Part shown: positions 28,668-45,200 of the stretch, piece by piece
How the letters are laid out: each line of letters starts with the position of its first letter
How positions within the stretch are numbered: the stretch's first letter is position 1
Made by a program: the position numbers and the translations under genes
Assembly (NCBI GenBank): GCA_964016885.1
Contig: OZ024746.1
Span: forward strand, 5,270,001-5,334,000
Reading direction: 5' to 3'
From: Eledone cirrhosa
Taxonomy: Eukaryota
Length of the DNA: 64,000 nt
Notes under the pieces: generated by a model
Databases searched by the model: none
What the model was told of the DNA's origin: nothing
The model's input: only the letters and a program-made list of their open reading frames with translations

Positions 28668-29163
28668 GCAGAGAAATGTGAGATGAAAGTGATGTGAGTG
28701 AAATGGGAGATGAAAGTGATGTGAGTGAAATGGGAGATGAAAGTGATGTGAGTGAAATGGGAGATGAAAGTGATGTGAGTGAAATGTGAGATGAAAGTGA
28801 TGTGAGTGAAATGGGAGATGAAAGTGATGTGAGTGAAATGGGAGATGAAAGTGATGTGAGTGAAATGGGAGATGAAAATGATGTGAGTGAAATGGGAGAT
28901 GAAAGTGATGTGAGTGAAATGTGAGATGAAAGTGATGTGAGTGAAATGGGAGATGAAAGTGATGTGAGTGAAATGGGAGATGAAAGTGATGTGAGTGAAA
29001 TGGGAGATGAAAGTGATGTGAGTGAAATGGGAGATGAAAGTGATGTGAGTGAAATGGGACATGAAAGTGATGTGAGTGAAATGGGAGATGAAAGTGATGT
29101 GAGTGAAATGGGAGATGAAAGTGATGTGAGTGAAATGGGAGATGAAAGTGATGTGAGTGAAAT
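28668..29163. repeat. 27-bp minisatellite (GAAATGGGAGATGAAAGTGATGTGAGT)
   Basis: About 18 near-identical copies. Confidence 0.95.
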
Positions 29164-29481
29164 GAAAAACGTGAAAAAAAAAGTGCATTAACTGAAGGTG
29201 AACGATAAAAGGGGGCGGGTATATACTGTAAGATAGAATAACTTATATTAAAACAGAAACAGAACCCATACAATTCTAAATGTTTTTGGACAAATTCCTC
29301 CAAGAAATCCCGGATAAACCTCCTACACCCGGATATATCTCCGTAAACAATAACTCTCACCTTGAGTAGACTATGGTGTCCTAATCTTGATTTGAGAGAC
29401 TTCGCAGGTGGTGCTGTTAGGATAGACATGACCTTTGCCAATACTGGCCGAAACCTATCAAAGTTATCAAAGTAATAGATG

Positions 29482-30410
<929 letters not shown>

Positions 30411-30479
30411 AATAGTAATAAACGAAAGATATATACTTTATATCATCTTTATATCATAATGAAATAAATATCATATTTA

Positions 30480-30553
30480 TTTCATTATATATATTTCGAA
30501 GATGTAAAGTTTTATGTATGACGTAAAGCAAAACATGCTCTCTTCAGACAAAA
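30480..30553 (-). ncRNA. type I hammerhead ribozyme
   Basis: ttttgt-CTGAAGA-gag.atgt...acat.ttc-GAAAT-atat-ATA-atgaaa; stem I has two G-U pairs; stem III loop is palindromic. Confidence 0.65.
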
Positions 30554-31022
30554 TATATAGAAAATGTGTAATTCTTTCCTGATATTGCGGTAGACAAAAG
30601 AACTGGACAGATCGATGACCACCAGGCATATATATATATATTATGTGTAGGGCGCTGATGAGTGCTACTGGTAACATGTAACCCAGTACAACCTGTTACA
30701 TGGTCGGGTCGTCGGGGGCTGTGGGTGGGACCCCATCGCGTACCGTTGTAGTTGTTGTAGAAGAAACAGGAAGACAACAACTGGAAAGTTTGATTTTATT
30801 AATATACATTATAATGCAATACACAATTATTTCGTGCTGAAATAAATTAATTTAATATATATATATATATAGAGAGAGAGAGGGTGAGAGAGGGAGAGAG
30901 AGAGAAATTGATAGATACACACAAGTACATGTGTATATAAATAGATGTTTACATACGACATGTATCTGTCAGTAATGAGATTGATGACTGTTAGAGAATT
31001 GACAGGAACTTGAGTATCTGGG

Positions 31023-31079
<57 letters not shown>

Positions 31080-31291
31080 ACACACAGAGACACACACACA
31101 GAGCCACACACACACACACACATACATACACACACACACACACAGCCACACACACACACACAGACACACACACACACATACACATACACACACACAGCCA
31201 CACACATACACACACGCACACACAGACGCAGACACACACACACATACAGAAACACAAACACACACACACTCTCTCTCACACACACACACAC

Positions 31292-31588
31292 ACCAGGTGG
31301 ACTATAATGCACCAGAGTACTCGATACTTAGGGTAGATATAGATATATAAAAAGTACATGATAAAATGACAAGTCAGTCAATCATATTGGTGGCCTCCCC
31401 ACAGCCCGGGCGGACAGGATGGAGAAGGCGTTTCCCCGGGGGACGGCAAGGGAGACGCGCTGGAAAAGCGTTTCCAGCTCACGAGGCTCACGCCTCGGCT
31501 GGCCAGCTCAGCGCCTGTGGTGGTGAGTAGAAGAGTCAGGACCTCGACGGCTGAGCTCCGGCCCTTTCGACAGCTAGACTCGAACCAT
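31292..31588 (-). mobile_element. family F2 element interrupted by a CRE 3' fragment
   Basis: F2 tail 31292-31336, CRE 3' end/UTR ~31365-31530, F2 resumes at ~31530 (aagagtcaggacctcgacggctgagctc). Confidence 0.8.
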
Positions 31589-31701
31589 ATGTGTATACAT
31601 ACATATATATATTATATATATAATTATATACACACACATACATATATAAGCATATATTCAAACATACATATATCTATATATATGGACATATTATACACCC
31701 C

Positions 31702-32004
<303 letters not shown>

Positions 32005-32748
32005 TATTGATTGTATTATGAAATTATTTAATATAAACAGACAATAAATGTTACCACAGAGTTTCTCTTTGGTATGTTGCTTGTTTCAGGCTTTAGGAAT
32101 ATGTAACAAAACAAAGTTACACTTCACATAGCAACAGATTCAACATCCACGGTGTGCTTACCTACCCGCATGAAAACATTGACAAGGCATTTCTTACAAA
32201 CAAAGAAGCAGAAATATACGGAGAAAGTTGCTAAATACACACATACACTTATACAATACATACTAACATTGCTGAAAATATACTAATGCATTCTCGTAGA
32301 TCCCACTGATATTGTGAAAAACACGTTGCAGAAACAATGGGCCTTACTCATATTGAATTTCTTTGTGTTATTCTTCTTCTTTCTGAAGGAAAGTCTTAGG
32401 TATATTCCTGAAAAGTAATAAGAAGTAGAGCTTGCAAGGATTTCAACATCGATAAAAGGAGTAAGAAAATTCCATCTCTACAGTTACATTACTGAAGGAG
32501 AACATTAAAGATAATCACATGATTACGGAATCGGATTCTTTTTTGTGCTGCAATTCAATGAAGGAATGATTAGAAAGAAAAGTATTTGAGGATAGAGAAT
32601 TCAGATTGAGTGAACTATAATCTAAATCAGCCAGCAAACGTTACACCGCGCCGCTACGAATACATACACACATATGCTCTCTCTCTCACGCACAAACGTA
32701 CACACACACACACATATATATATACATGTATACATACATATATTTATA

Positions 32749-32800
<52 letters not shown>

Positions 32801-32842
32801 TAGAGAGATAGATAGATTGATAGATGTACATATATTTGTATG

Positions 32843-32899
<57 letters not shown>

Positions 32900-32956
32900 G
32901 AAATGTGCCCATATGTGTATGTCACTGAGTCTGTTTAATTGTATATTTGCATATCT

Positions 32957-32997
<41 letters not shown>

Positions 32998-33624
32998 AAT
33001 ATATATAAATATATACAATTGTATATCTACATATATAAATACAAACACAAAATACAACACACACACGTCACGTATACTCTCTTTCCATATGATAGGATTT
33101 TCCTGATGAAGTGAATAAAGTAAGAGATATGAGAGAGAAGGTTCTACGTAAAAGATGCACAAGAAATAAATAGATGCGTTTATTTGACGATCTAGTGATA
33201 AGGCAAATCAAAGTAGAGAGATGCATAGCATAAACAATATGGCAGAATCAATAAAATAAGCGTAAAACGGAAGTGGCAACATATCAGTTGATCTCACTTC
33301 AAACGTCTATGGTAATGATGGTGGATTTGTTAATTTTCATGGTCACCGATAATACATTATTTTGTTTTTATCTTTCACCTCTCTATTTCTTCATATTTCT
33401 TCATTTTGTTGTTTTCAACAATGTTTCTAATCACATATTCGTTGTTTCAATGTGACCGTGTCTGAGTGTGTGTGTGCATGTATGTGTATGTTTGTATATA
33501 TATATATATACACACACATATATATATATACACACACTCACATACGTATATATATATACTATTAATGCTTACACATGTACATAAGTATTTGTGTATATGT
33601 GTGTGTATGTACGTGTGTGTTTCA

Positions 33625-33730
33625 GGGTTACTACAGTGAATTGACAGAACTGGTAGAACATCAGATGAAATTACTTGTGGTTTTTATTCCGGTTGTTATA
33701 CCTTCTGAGTTCAAATCCTACTGTAGTTCA
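33625..33730 (+). mobile_element. SINE tRNA-like head, degenerate
   Basis: tgacagaactggtaga A-box-like and ctgagttcaaatcc B box. Confidence 0.55.
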
Positions 33731-33958
33731 CAAGTTTCTCTGAGTTAATCGGTTACCCAGATTAACTACATCACCTGCTCCTAAGGTGCCTTTAGTAGGT
33801 TCCACACTGTTGATAGCATTTGGACTAGGTATCTTCCCTATTCCCAATCTCTCCTGACTAACAGACTTGAAGGTACCAGTCATATTTTTAACTCATTAAG
33901 CCATTCACTGTTTAGACACAAACTGCATTACATTCTCTTATAAATTAACTTTAACGCC

Positions 33959-34022
<64 letters not shown>

Positions 34023-34599
34023 CTGATGGTAGCTAAGATGCTTCCATAGGCGGTATGAGCTCTATTATATATATATATATATATATACATAGTAGAAAGA
34101 ATCACTGTGGCAAATATTGTTCCTTAGTGATTGTAGTCTAGATAGAGTAAGACCTTCGAAATACTCTGTAGGAATCATGTAATTTTCCCTGGTTGGCAAA
34201 CCATCAAAAATGTCTTTATGCATTTCCCTACTTCAATGTAAAAAATGACAATTATTGATACCAAAGAATTTATTGAGTTTTCGTAACAATAAATTATTTT
34301 TTGTCAGTCATGTCGAATGTTTGAATCTCTGTGGGTTGAGAATGAATGAGTTTTTGTTATAATATCTTTGTAAGGAGATGTAACTATTGATCCTGCTTAG
34401 TTGTAGGAAGGGAAATCACCAGAGAAAGTTTGAAAAGTAGAACCATATGATGGTATATATATTCAACTAAATAATGTCTGAATCACTGACAATAAGCCCA
34501 TAGAATGGATAGTAGATATAATATATATAAACAAATTGTCAGAAATTGTCGGTAACATTGTACACAGGCTAAGAGAACATCGGGAAAATATGCTAGAGT

Positions 34600-34669
<70 letters not shown>

Positions 34670-34871
34670 TATAAATATATATATGATATATATATGAAAT
34701 GAACGCAAATTTAAAGGAAAAGTAATCATAAATATAAAGGAAATTGCAATCTGTGTATACAATGCACACGCATATTTACATTAACAACTACACACACACA
34801 CACACATACACACACACGCAAACACAGACACACACATATATATATATATATACATAAACATGCATATATAT

Positions 34872-34946
<75 letters not shown>

Positions 34947-35424
34947 AAGAGGGGGAAACATAAACACACATTTGTATATATATGTCCACGAGAACGTAGA
35001 ATGATATTATAGGGGGACAATAGACTGTGGTAGTATTAGAGGACAATAGTGACAATTGTGGTACTACATCTGTAAAAAACAAGTGTTTCAGACTAGTATA
35101 AAGTCCTCGGAGTTGATATTGTAAATAGTGTTAACAACACAGATACTGAAATTATTTACAGACTCCAACTATTCAAAGTTTGTTCTCTCTTCAATATTCC
35201 TACTATCACCTCTCTCTCGCTGTATAAATATATATACATATATACACACATATATATACATACATACATGTGTATATATATAAATACATACATGTATGTA
35301 TGTATTTGTGTATATATGTGCATATATATATTTACACACACATAAATATATATATACATACATACATGTATGTATGTATGTATTTATTTATATATATATA
35401 AATACATACATGTATGTATGTATT

Positions 35425-35507
<83 letters not shown>

Positions 35508-35610
35508 ATATATATACATGTATGTATGTATGTATTTGTGTATATATATGCAGATATATGTGCGTGTTTATATATATATATATATAAATACATACATGTA
35601 TGTATGTATT

Positions 35611-35675
<65 letters not shown>

Positions 35676-35831
35676 ATGTATGTATTTGTGTATATATATG
35701 CAGATATATGTGCGTATTTATATATATATATATATAAATCCTCTTCTTGCTATATCAAGCATAAACCTAATATATCCCTTCCATATACTGTACCGAATGT
35801 GTTGTTATTTCTGTTTACCTTTTACACACAC

Positions 35832-35906
<75 letters not shown>

Positions 35907-36859
35907 AAGAGAGAGAGAGAAAGAGAGAAAATACAAAGATTAATGTTGTGGTATACACAGAGAGGTGTGTGTGTGCGTGTATTTGTATGTGTGTACATAT
36001 GTCTATGCGTGTGTTGGTGTCTGTATTTACATCTAACAATGGGAGGTTGGTTGTGTTTAAGGTAACTATCAGAAGAAAAGAAATCTCTGAAATAAAAGAC
36101 ATAAAATAGGAAATGATGAATTAAATTTCTGAAAGTGGTACCCAATGATTGGAATTAGTAAAACTGGTAAACAACGAAAATATAAATATACTTAAATAGA
36201 ACTACTTCTTGCATAAATATATTTGAATCTTTGAATCATATCATGGCTACAACTCTTTGTTTTCTAACTTTGACTTCATTAAACACTTCAACTATTTCAA
36301 AAAAAATACAATTTTCTTCGTACGATTTATTTTCTTTACTAAATTTGCCATATGAGGCTATTAGACTTCTTCCATAGCACTCCTCATCTCTTGTTATGAA
36401 CTGTGGTTCTATCAGGTACACAATCTAACTGCTTGAACTGTCAGATGGCACCGAATAACAATATATCTGATTCATATGCTGGTTAGTATCTCTGTTTTAT
36501 ATATACAGATTCAGGTGCATTATTAACGGTTTATTTCTATTACAAAACGTGAAAGAATATATTTGAAAAAAATAAACAAGAAAAAAATACAAGCAAATAA
36601 TTAGCTTCGGGGGAAAAGTTGAAGAACCCAAAATAAATATATTATTCACAACTTTCTTTACTAAACTTATCTCCCTTGAATTTCTCTACGTACGTTGGAA
36701 CTAAAAATAACATTTCAATCTGAAGTTATCTGATTATACTCAGGTATAATTCACCATAAAGTTTAAATTCGAAATAATTTCTTGTTTGAAGCTGGATTTA
36801 TTTAGCAATGGCTACAAGGAAACACAAAGAAGAGGAGAGATTGACAGACTCTACACTCC

Positions 36860-36985
36860 ACTATGAGTGGTGTTTCAGCTGCTCCTCACGGACAAATTGG
36901 CAAAGGTATGGCCGAGGCGAATGGCCAGCGACACCCATTGCAACAGCCACTACCACCAACGGGATTCCTTTCTCTGGAGGCCTGC
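36860..36985 (+). mobile_element. decayed Tc1/mariner-type transposase fragment
   Basis: W..YGRGEWPATP followed by frameshifted DSFLW resembles WPxxSPDLxPxDFFLW. Confidence 0.4.
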
Positions 36986-37124
36986 TGTCTTTTCGATTTT
37001 CCGTAGTGTCAAATTTCTCACTCTATGGGTATTCAACAGAGTTTATACACATTATATACAACCTCACTGCTGCTACGGCTGCGGTACTACTACTACTACT
37101 ACTACCACCACCACCACCACCACC

Positions 37125-37228
<104 letters not shown>

Positions 37229-37717
37229 ATACATAGATATGTACATAGCCATATTTCCATACACACACATATATCTATATAACCACACTACCTCCCTAAC
37301 GCACAATGGCTTATCATTTGCAGATATATATATATATATATCTATATTTGTAAGCAGTCATTGTCACTCTTCAATCAGTTCTTGTTTGTAAATTTATTTA
37401 AATTCCCAACATTCTATTTCATTGTTAGTGTAGCTGATTACTTAAGTTGGAAAGCCTCCATAAACTTACTTTCTTCCACTAGTGGAAACTGTGTGAATAG
37501 GAAAGCAGATATTAGTCGGACAGCTCCATACAAATCTGTTGACTACATGTCTTTCAATGGTAATATGAAATACCAAGCAGACGACATTTAAACATTGTTA
37601 GTGAACGTGATTAACGATAGAGGGACACCTAACTTATTTTGTTGTTTACTCTTCCACCTCATCCTTTGCTGCTGCTGCTACTACTACTACTACTAATAGC
37701 ACCACGACCACTAGCAG

Positions 37718-37783
<66 letters not shown>

Positions 37784-38213
37784 CTTACAACAACATATTA
37801 TTCTGTGTTTTTCGTCTTACTCTCCCCAATTAGGTTGCAGACGACATCGTTAATTTATTTTCATGGCGGCATAAAAGTGGAAATCTATTGATTTTAGAAG
37901 TCAACAAAGCCTTTACAGAAACCACACAAAGGTTTAGTAAAGAATTTCCGGGTCATTTTTCTTATGAGAGCCATTCAGTAACTCTGCGATTTTCATTTTC
38001 TCTTCGGCCTCTTTAGAATGACGTCGACTCAAGCTAATTCTCATTAAGTAATAAACATGACCACTTTGGTGGATTTCGTCTTAGTTAGGGTTGTTATTTC
38101 AAAAGCTATTAGCGCTTCATTACTCATGTGGAGTACACTAATAACAGAAGAGCTTTTGTGTCTTTTATGATTTACGAGAAGAAATTATGTATGTCTGTGT
38201 ATATTATATATAC

Positions 38214-38342
<129 letters not shown>

Positions 38343-38396
38343 GGTACATACATACACATATATATATATATACATACACACATACATACATATATA

Positions 38397-38465
<69 letters not shown>

Positions 38466-38974
38466 GTGTGTATATAAGTATATGATTGTTTATTATAACT
38501 ACAGTGTGAGAGATGTACTTGGCAAGATACAAGGAAAGGTTGTTTATTCAGAACAGACAAAGTTTCTTTTGACTAGACACAGAATCTATATTTTAATGGC
38601 ATCGAAGCAGAAACGTACTTCCGTAACGTGATTTGAATTAAGATGATGAATAAAATATTGCAGAATATTGATGCCTAACAAGGGCGTCAGATTCTATCAT
38701 TTCGGTGATCTGCAAGAACAAAATATAGGTTGAAAGAAGAGTTATCTTTTGTAATCAGAAGCTCCAAATATATGTACTGTGAATTGGTTTCCACAACTTC
38801 CAGGGTTGCATGATCGCTGCTAATTATGAAAATAATAATTAATCAGGTCTCAGGTTTGAACTAATCATGTGGCTGACTATTCATAGTATCAGTGAGGGAT
38901 CAGAATATCTCAGAAATGAATCGTTGGACAGATTTTTACGGGCAAAAATAAATATACAAATAAATAGATAAATA

Positions 38975-39270
38975 AAACCGGCAGGGGATCCATGGATTGA
39001 CCTCGAGCAAGATGGTTGGATAACATTTACGAGCTTGGCTGGTCTCGCTTGGGTATCCAGCTGGATCAGTGGGAGACGGTTGTTTCTGACAGGACCCTCT
39101 GGTAGTGTTTGATGACTCTACCCTAATAAGTGAGAAGAAGAAGAAGAAGAAGAAGAAGAAGAAGAAGAAGAAGAAGAAGAAGAAGAAGAAGAAGAAGAAG
39201 AAGAAGAAGAAGAAGAAGAAGAAGAAGAAGAAGAAGAAGAAGAAGAAGAAGAAGAAGAAGAAGAAGAAGA
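38975..39270 (+). mobile_element. RTE (Expander/Rex3-like) LINE 3' end with (GAA)n tail
   Basis: RARWLDNIYELGWSRLGIQLDQWETVVSDRTLW, then (GAA)n. Confidence 0.75.
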
Positions 39271-40043
39271 ATGTGACTAACTGTTGAAACGAAATTTTCA
39301 TCTTTAAATTCAGAAATCAGCACAGGAAACATGTTTCCACTTTAACATCCGCCGTGATAGGCTACGAATGTCCCTATTATGTGACCCTATACTTTGCTTA
39401 TTCTAATGGTACTATACAAAAATTATCCAGAACTCTTATTATCGTCTGCTATGATTATTTGTGAAACTAGAGAATAACAGAATTTTCACTGTTATAACAT
39501 AGAACCAAGTGAGAAATCCATCAAGCATAGAAACTAACAAATTCATTAAAAATGAAAGAATTTCTATTGATAGTTTCTGAGCATAACTCTTGTAAAGGGG
39601 ATATTATTTCTACGTGTTAACAACAATGGAGCCAATTCATTCAGAGAGAAAACGAGAGGGGGGGGGGGGGAGAGACTATAACACTTTGAAATGATAACGA
39701 CAATATCATTGTGAAATTGTTGGATTTCGGCCAACATGCAGTAAGATAGGTTTAGTCAATATATTGCGACATTAATGAAAACGCCTTCTTATCTTCTTTG
39801 ATTCTACCGAATGACAAATATATACCTGGATTTCAATGTTATTTTAGTTCCTGCTGTTAATCTGATAAAGTGATGTCATTCGAGCGGTTAAACTATTTCA
39901 GCTAAATATACGCAATACAATATGATGAACAGTTTCAATTTGGTAACTTACTTTGTATTATATTATATATATATATTAAGAAATTCAGGAATCACACTAG
40001 CACGAGGTGCTCTGCGTATCCATGATATTGAAACATCGTGCCA

Positions 40044-40084
<41 letters not shown>

Positions 40085-40418
40085 ATGGCTGCCCCCTCGT
40101 TATTGAGTATGGCCATTGCACGATATACCATTATTAATAATTATTAATTCTATCGTGCAATGCCTGTGCGTGAAGATATTTTTTAAAGTGAGGAAAGACT
40201 GTGCACTGAGCCAATCCCACTCGCTGAGCGACAGTAGCTATAACCCGAAAAGAAGAATAGATCAACATCATCGGAAACTACTGAGCCGCAGGTTTTATAT
40301 CGGAGTTATCCCAGTTTCCTGAGTTGTCTTCTCCTAGAAGAATGACCTGACAAAGGCTAGGGGTCCTTCACCCCCAGTGGTTTAACCGCGCGATCTGGTG
40401 TCCAGCCCGACTATTTCT

Positions 40419-41032
<614 letters not shown>

Positions 41033-41159
41033 ATATATATATATATTAGTAAAAAGGAAAAGAAAATGCTGACAAATTTTTCCCAGTGAAAAATAGTTTA
41101 ATTAAGAATAAGTATAAATTAGTAATAAGTATTGGTTAGTATTCAGTTTTAGTTTTAAG

Positions 41160-41196
41160 TTTTTACCGGTTGCGCATTTCTAATGCTTTTCAAAAA
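41160..41196 (-). ncRNA. variant/degenerate minimal hammerhead
   Basis: ttt-TTGAAAA-gcatt-aga-aatgc-GCAAC-cg-GTA-aaa; same architecture as 640-676 with a different stem II. Confidence 0.45.
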
Positions 41197-41269
41197 TAAT
41201 TTCGAGATAGAGCGTTCGTGATGTTTGCTCTAATCTGGAGAACAATGTTCCGTATAACCATGCCCATTA

Positions 41270-41307
41270 CGAGCTGAGGATCCGCTAAGGTGAAACAATT
41301 GTTCTCG
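41270..41307 (+). ncRNA. minimal type I hammerhead ribozyme (F4)
   Basis: cgag-CTGAGGA-t-cc-gctaa-gg-t-GAAAC-aatt-GTT-ctcg; palindromic AATT loop; homologue at 55150-55210. Confidence 0.8.
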
Positions 41308-41339
41308 GTATGGTGAACTAACTGTTGTGTAACAACTTC

Positions 41340-41433
<94 letters not shown>

Positions 41434-41628
41434 CGATACATAAACAGAGAAAACCTTAAGCGACCAACTCCATCTCACTCAACAAACATTAGGATATACC
41501 TAAGTATTATCCCAATTTAGTGTTTGGGGTGCTAACTAATCAGTATTGCGTGGATAACTGGTTGTATTATTTTATATGAGACATTATTAAATAAATATCT
41601 CTTTCGTTATAAGATTTCTACAATTGGG

Positions 41629-41697
<69 letters not shown>

Positions 41698-41940
41698 TGC
41701 GGTGGAAGCATTTCTGAATGGGGGTGGGCCAAATTTGAATAATTTAGTCGTAGTGATTAGTTTAGATCTTTGCACTACAAAATGGTAAGAAAACTTTGAT
41801 ATGCGATAAACATAACATGTAAATAAATTGTAGCGTAATACACATAGATGTGTGTTTTGGTAGTTTGGGGAGAAAATATAATTATTGCAGGGGGGAGGGA
41901 GATGCTACCCACCCCCAGTTCCACCTCCACTGGTCTAGTA

Positions 41941-42022
<82 letters not shown>

Positions 42023-42023
<1 letters not shown>

Positions 42024-42205
42024 CGGAGGAAATGTGGTAAGGAACCAGGTGGACCATAACGCACCAAAGTACTCAATACTTAGGGTAGTAGAGTGGGTAA
42101 TAGGAACGAGTAGGATCCCGACGGCTGAGCTCAAGCCGTTTCAACGGCTAATCCAGAATTAGCCGTCGAAACGGCTTGAACTCAGCCGTCGGGGTCCTAC
42201 TCGTT

Positions 42206-42210
<5 letters not shown>
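42023..42210 (-). mobile_element. family F2 fold-back element
   Basis: Palindrome 42100-42210 plus tail; TA-flanked. Confidence 0.85.
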
Positions 42211-42263
<53 letters not shown>

Positions 42264-42420
42264 AATATACACGGGTGTGTATGATTGTGTATAGAAGATT
42301 ATATTAATAAAAGGAATTCCAACTTTGTCTGATTTACTCGTTTTATTTACAATCCTTTAAAATTTATAATGGTATTAGAATGAAATAGTATGGTAGAATA
42401 TTAAATGTTAAGTGTTAATT

Positions 42421-42457
42421 GAACAAGTACTTTCATGCTTTCGCAATCTTCAGGTTC
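42421..42457 (-). ncRNA. minimal type I hammerhead ribozyme (F3)
   Basis: gaac-CTGAAGA-t-tgc-gaaa-gca-t-GAAAG-ta-CTT-gttc; stem I perfect; AGTACT palindrome. Confidence 0.75.
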
Positions 42458-42643
42458 ACATTGTGTGGTGACAGTCAAGTTTGCAATTTTCGACTGTTGA
42501 ATTTTGTACTCTTTGAAATTTTATACTGTTTGAAAATTGCAATTTTCAACTGTTGACTTTTATACTGTTTGAAAATTGCAATTTTCAACTGTTGAATTTT
42601 ATACTGTTTGAAAATTGCAAACTTGACTGTCACCACACAATGT

Positions 42644-42680
42644 GAACCTGAAGATTGCGAAAGCATGAAAGTACTTGCTC
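42644..42680 (+). ncRNA. minimal type I hammerhead ribozyme (F3, inverted arm)
   Basis: Mirror copy of 42421-42457 with one stem I mismatch. Confidence 0.65.
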
Positions 42681-42793
42681 AATTAACACTTAACATTTAA
42701 TATTCTACCATACTATTTCATTCTAATACCATTATAAATTTTAAAGGATTGTAAATAAAACGAGTAAATCAGACAAAGTTGGAATTCCTCTTA

Positions 42794-42831
<38 letters not shown>

Positions 42832-42933
42832 CACACACACACACATATATATATATTGTGGTTCTTCTCAGATCTGGTTGGTGTTTGGGTGTTACTTCTG
42901 TTTTATATGGAAAATTATATGGCTCGAATTGCT

Positions 42934-42986
<53 letters not shown>

Positions 42987-43054
42987 TTTCTTTTTAATTT
43001 TTAATATATATATAAATATAGATATATGTGTGTGTGTGTATAATGTGGTTCCTC

Positions 43055-43190
43055 CCAAGGGTCTTTGGAGTAACGTTACTCGATAGAGTGCGTAACTCGG
43101 AGATGAGAGTGTCACTCCAGGTAGAGCCGCTACTTCTCCGAATGGAAAGATCACAGCTCCGATACTACCGACATACGGTTAGAATGTTTC
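43055..43190 (+). mobile_element. RTE LINE C-terminal fragment
   Basis: RVFGVTLLDRVRNSEMRVSLQVEPLLLRMERSQLRYYRHTVRM. Confidence 0.8.
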
Positions 43191-43599
43191 GGTACCTTTT
43201 ATGTCAGTCTCGGATCGACTCAAGCCTGGAGAAGCTCATTAAAGGTGATACTATGTCACGTTGATTCTACTTTTGAACTGCCTTAAGGGTACACGTGTCT
43301 GTGGACAATTAATTCAATAATTCAGTTGATTGCGCTAACGTTTAAACTATCTTATTTACTACGAATATTCTGTATTCAGAAACGCATAAATTAGTTTAAG
43401 AAACTGAATAATATGACCTTTTGTTAAAAGATACGAAATAGAAATTGGCTGCTGTGGCTTTTACCTATTGTAGGGGCCTTGGTCTGTCCTTTCTTGCAGC
43501 ATGAACAAATCCTTAGTGACTTCTTTGATAAGTGACATGTGATTGTCATGGAATTTTTAAGGGGAAACTCTATAGTGTGTTTGCTATTGTATTCCTATC

Positions 43600-43950
43600 A
43601 TCAGCTACATTGTTTACAACACCGAGCAACAACACCTAAAACGCAATCAAATGCCGAAAAGAAACTCGTCTCCAATGTAGTTCGACTTCATACGTCCAGT
43701 AGTTCTACTTCATTTTAGTGACCCCTGAGAGGACAAACGTTGATCTCGGTAAGATTTGAACACAGAATGAAAAGTGCCAGAACAGGATGTGTCGTACGAC
43801 AAGTTAAGGGATGTTCTAACACACCACCATATTAATGGCCTAAATGACATAGTATAGCCAATAGAGGGATAGGCTATTTCAAGCTTACATTCTAGGAACA
43901 ATAATTGAAGACGAATATTCGGTGGTGCACCTATAATCCAATAAACTAAA
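43600..43950 (-). mobile_element. highly decayed LINE RT fragment (CR1/L2/Jockey-like)
   Basis: Remnants in RT order on the minus strand: LFLE.KL (D..KAFD-like), SQGS, YIGD. Confidence 0.35.
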
Positions 43951-45049
43951 GGATTTCCTCTCAGTATGAACGCCACTTTAATTTTCGCTAGAGAAGTAAT
44001 AACATGATTAATTTTCATTTGTTTACTAAGAAAAAATTAATGAAATTGTCACAAAAAGGACGATAAAAGAAGAAACTGAGGAAATGGAATATATGCCTGG
44101 CTATAATATGGATCACTTTAGAATCTATTATGTTTGATAAAAAATCAATTTGTAGCTGTACGCTCCTGTCTTCCTTGACGTATTCTGTCAATTCTAATTA
44201 CGGTTTGTTAAGAAGTTGGGTTTGTAACGAGGAAATAATTTTGTTTGAATTTGATGTAGAGAATTTTATTTGGCAAACACACCCTGATACTTGTTAGAAA
44301 CTATTCATGATCAAAATTTGGCGATCGCACTAGACAACATTCGTAAATCCAGTCAGAACCTTAATTTAACAGTTTTGATTGACTTATCGCAACCCCAAAT
44401 AAGCAATACTATCTCTAATTAGTTCTACTAACACCAAAGTCTGTCAGATAGCCATAAATTTAGGTTTGTCTTGAGGAAGGAGATTCTTAGGTAAATGTAA
44501 TAAAATTATTATCAAAAGTCTATAGGTACTGACAAGGCGTTGGATGTCTATTCTAAGAGAATTCAAAAAGAGTAAAGATCGAATCAAGCATTAAGAAAAA
44601 AATGGTTTTATTTTTGTTATTACTCCATAACGTATGTCCAGCCGATAGGCTGAGGCCATGCTAGGGCACCACCATTTTAAAACGTTGCCCTCGTCCCCTT
44701 ACTGACTTGTAAGATAATATAACAAATGTGATGACAAGTATGAGGAAATGTAATGTTTACTTCATAGTTTTATGTAGGTTTATGCTTCATTACATACTCA
44801 CTGATACACATATACACAAAATCACACGCACACACACACATATATATATATATATATGATTGGTGTTCACCTATTTAAGGTGGAAGGTGGGTCAGATAAT
44901 GTTGATAGAACTCAAAGCAGCGAAGCATTTCTGTTTTTGATACTCCACTCTTCCCATAACTATTATTTTATTTGCTGGCTTCCTTGAAAACAGAATTCAA
45001 TGTTGCTTTCTAGTTATTTCTATTAACTTTGTTTTGATGTTTCGATATT

Positions 45050-45200
45050 TTTATAACCTGAGAATGAATATGTTATGATAGTCTTCTAGTTGTATAAGGC
45101 GCTTACCTCTCCTGCGTTTGAGGTAAACATAATAGCTGTCAGTGGTATATTCTCAATGGTGTCATTATTTTACTTGTGTTGTTATAGCCTTCATCTTTTG
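45050..45200 (-). mobile_element. decayed R4/Dong-like RT fragment
   Basis: YLKRRRGKRLIQLED resembles LYLxRxxGGRGLxxLE. Confidence 0.5.

Larger units (their letters stand above)
42265..42800 (-). mobile_element. family F3 fold-back element with ~185-bp arms
   Basis: Arms ~42301-42487 and ~42615-42799; centre holds 39-bp tandem repeats. Confidence 0.85.

Noticed and set aside
30652-30705. CTGATGA followed by a tactgg/ccagta stem
   Set aside because: No GAAA and no convincing stem I.
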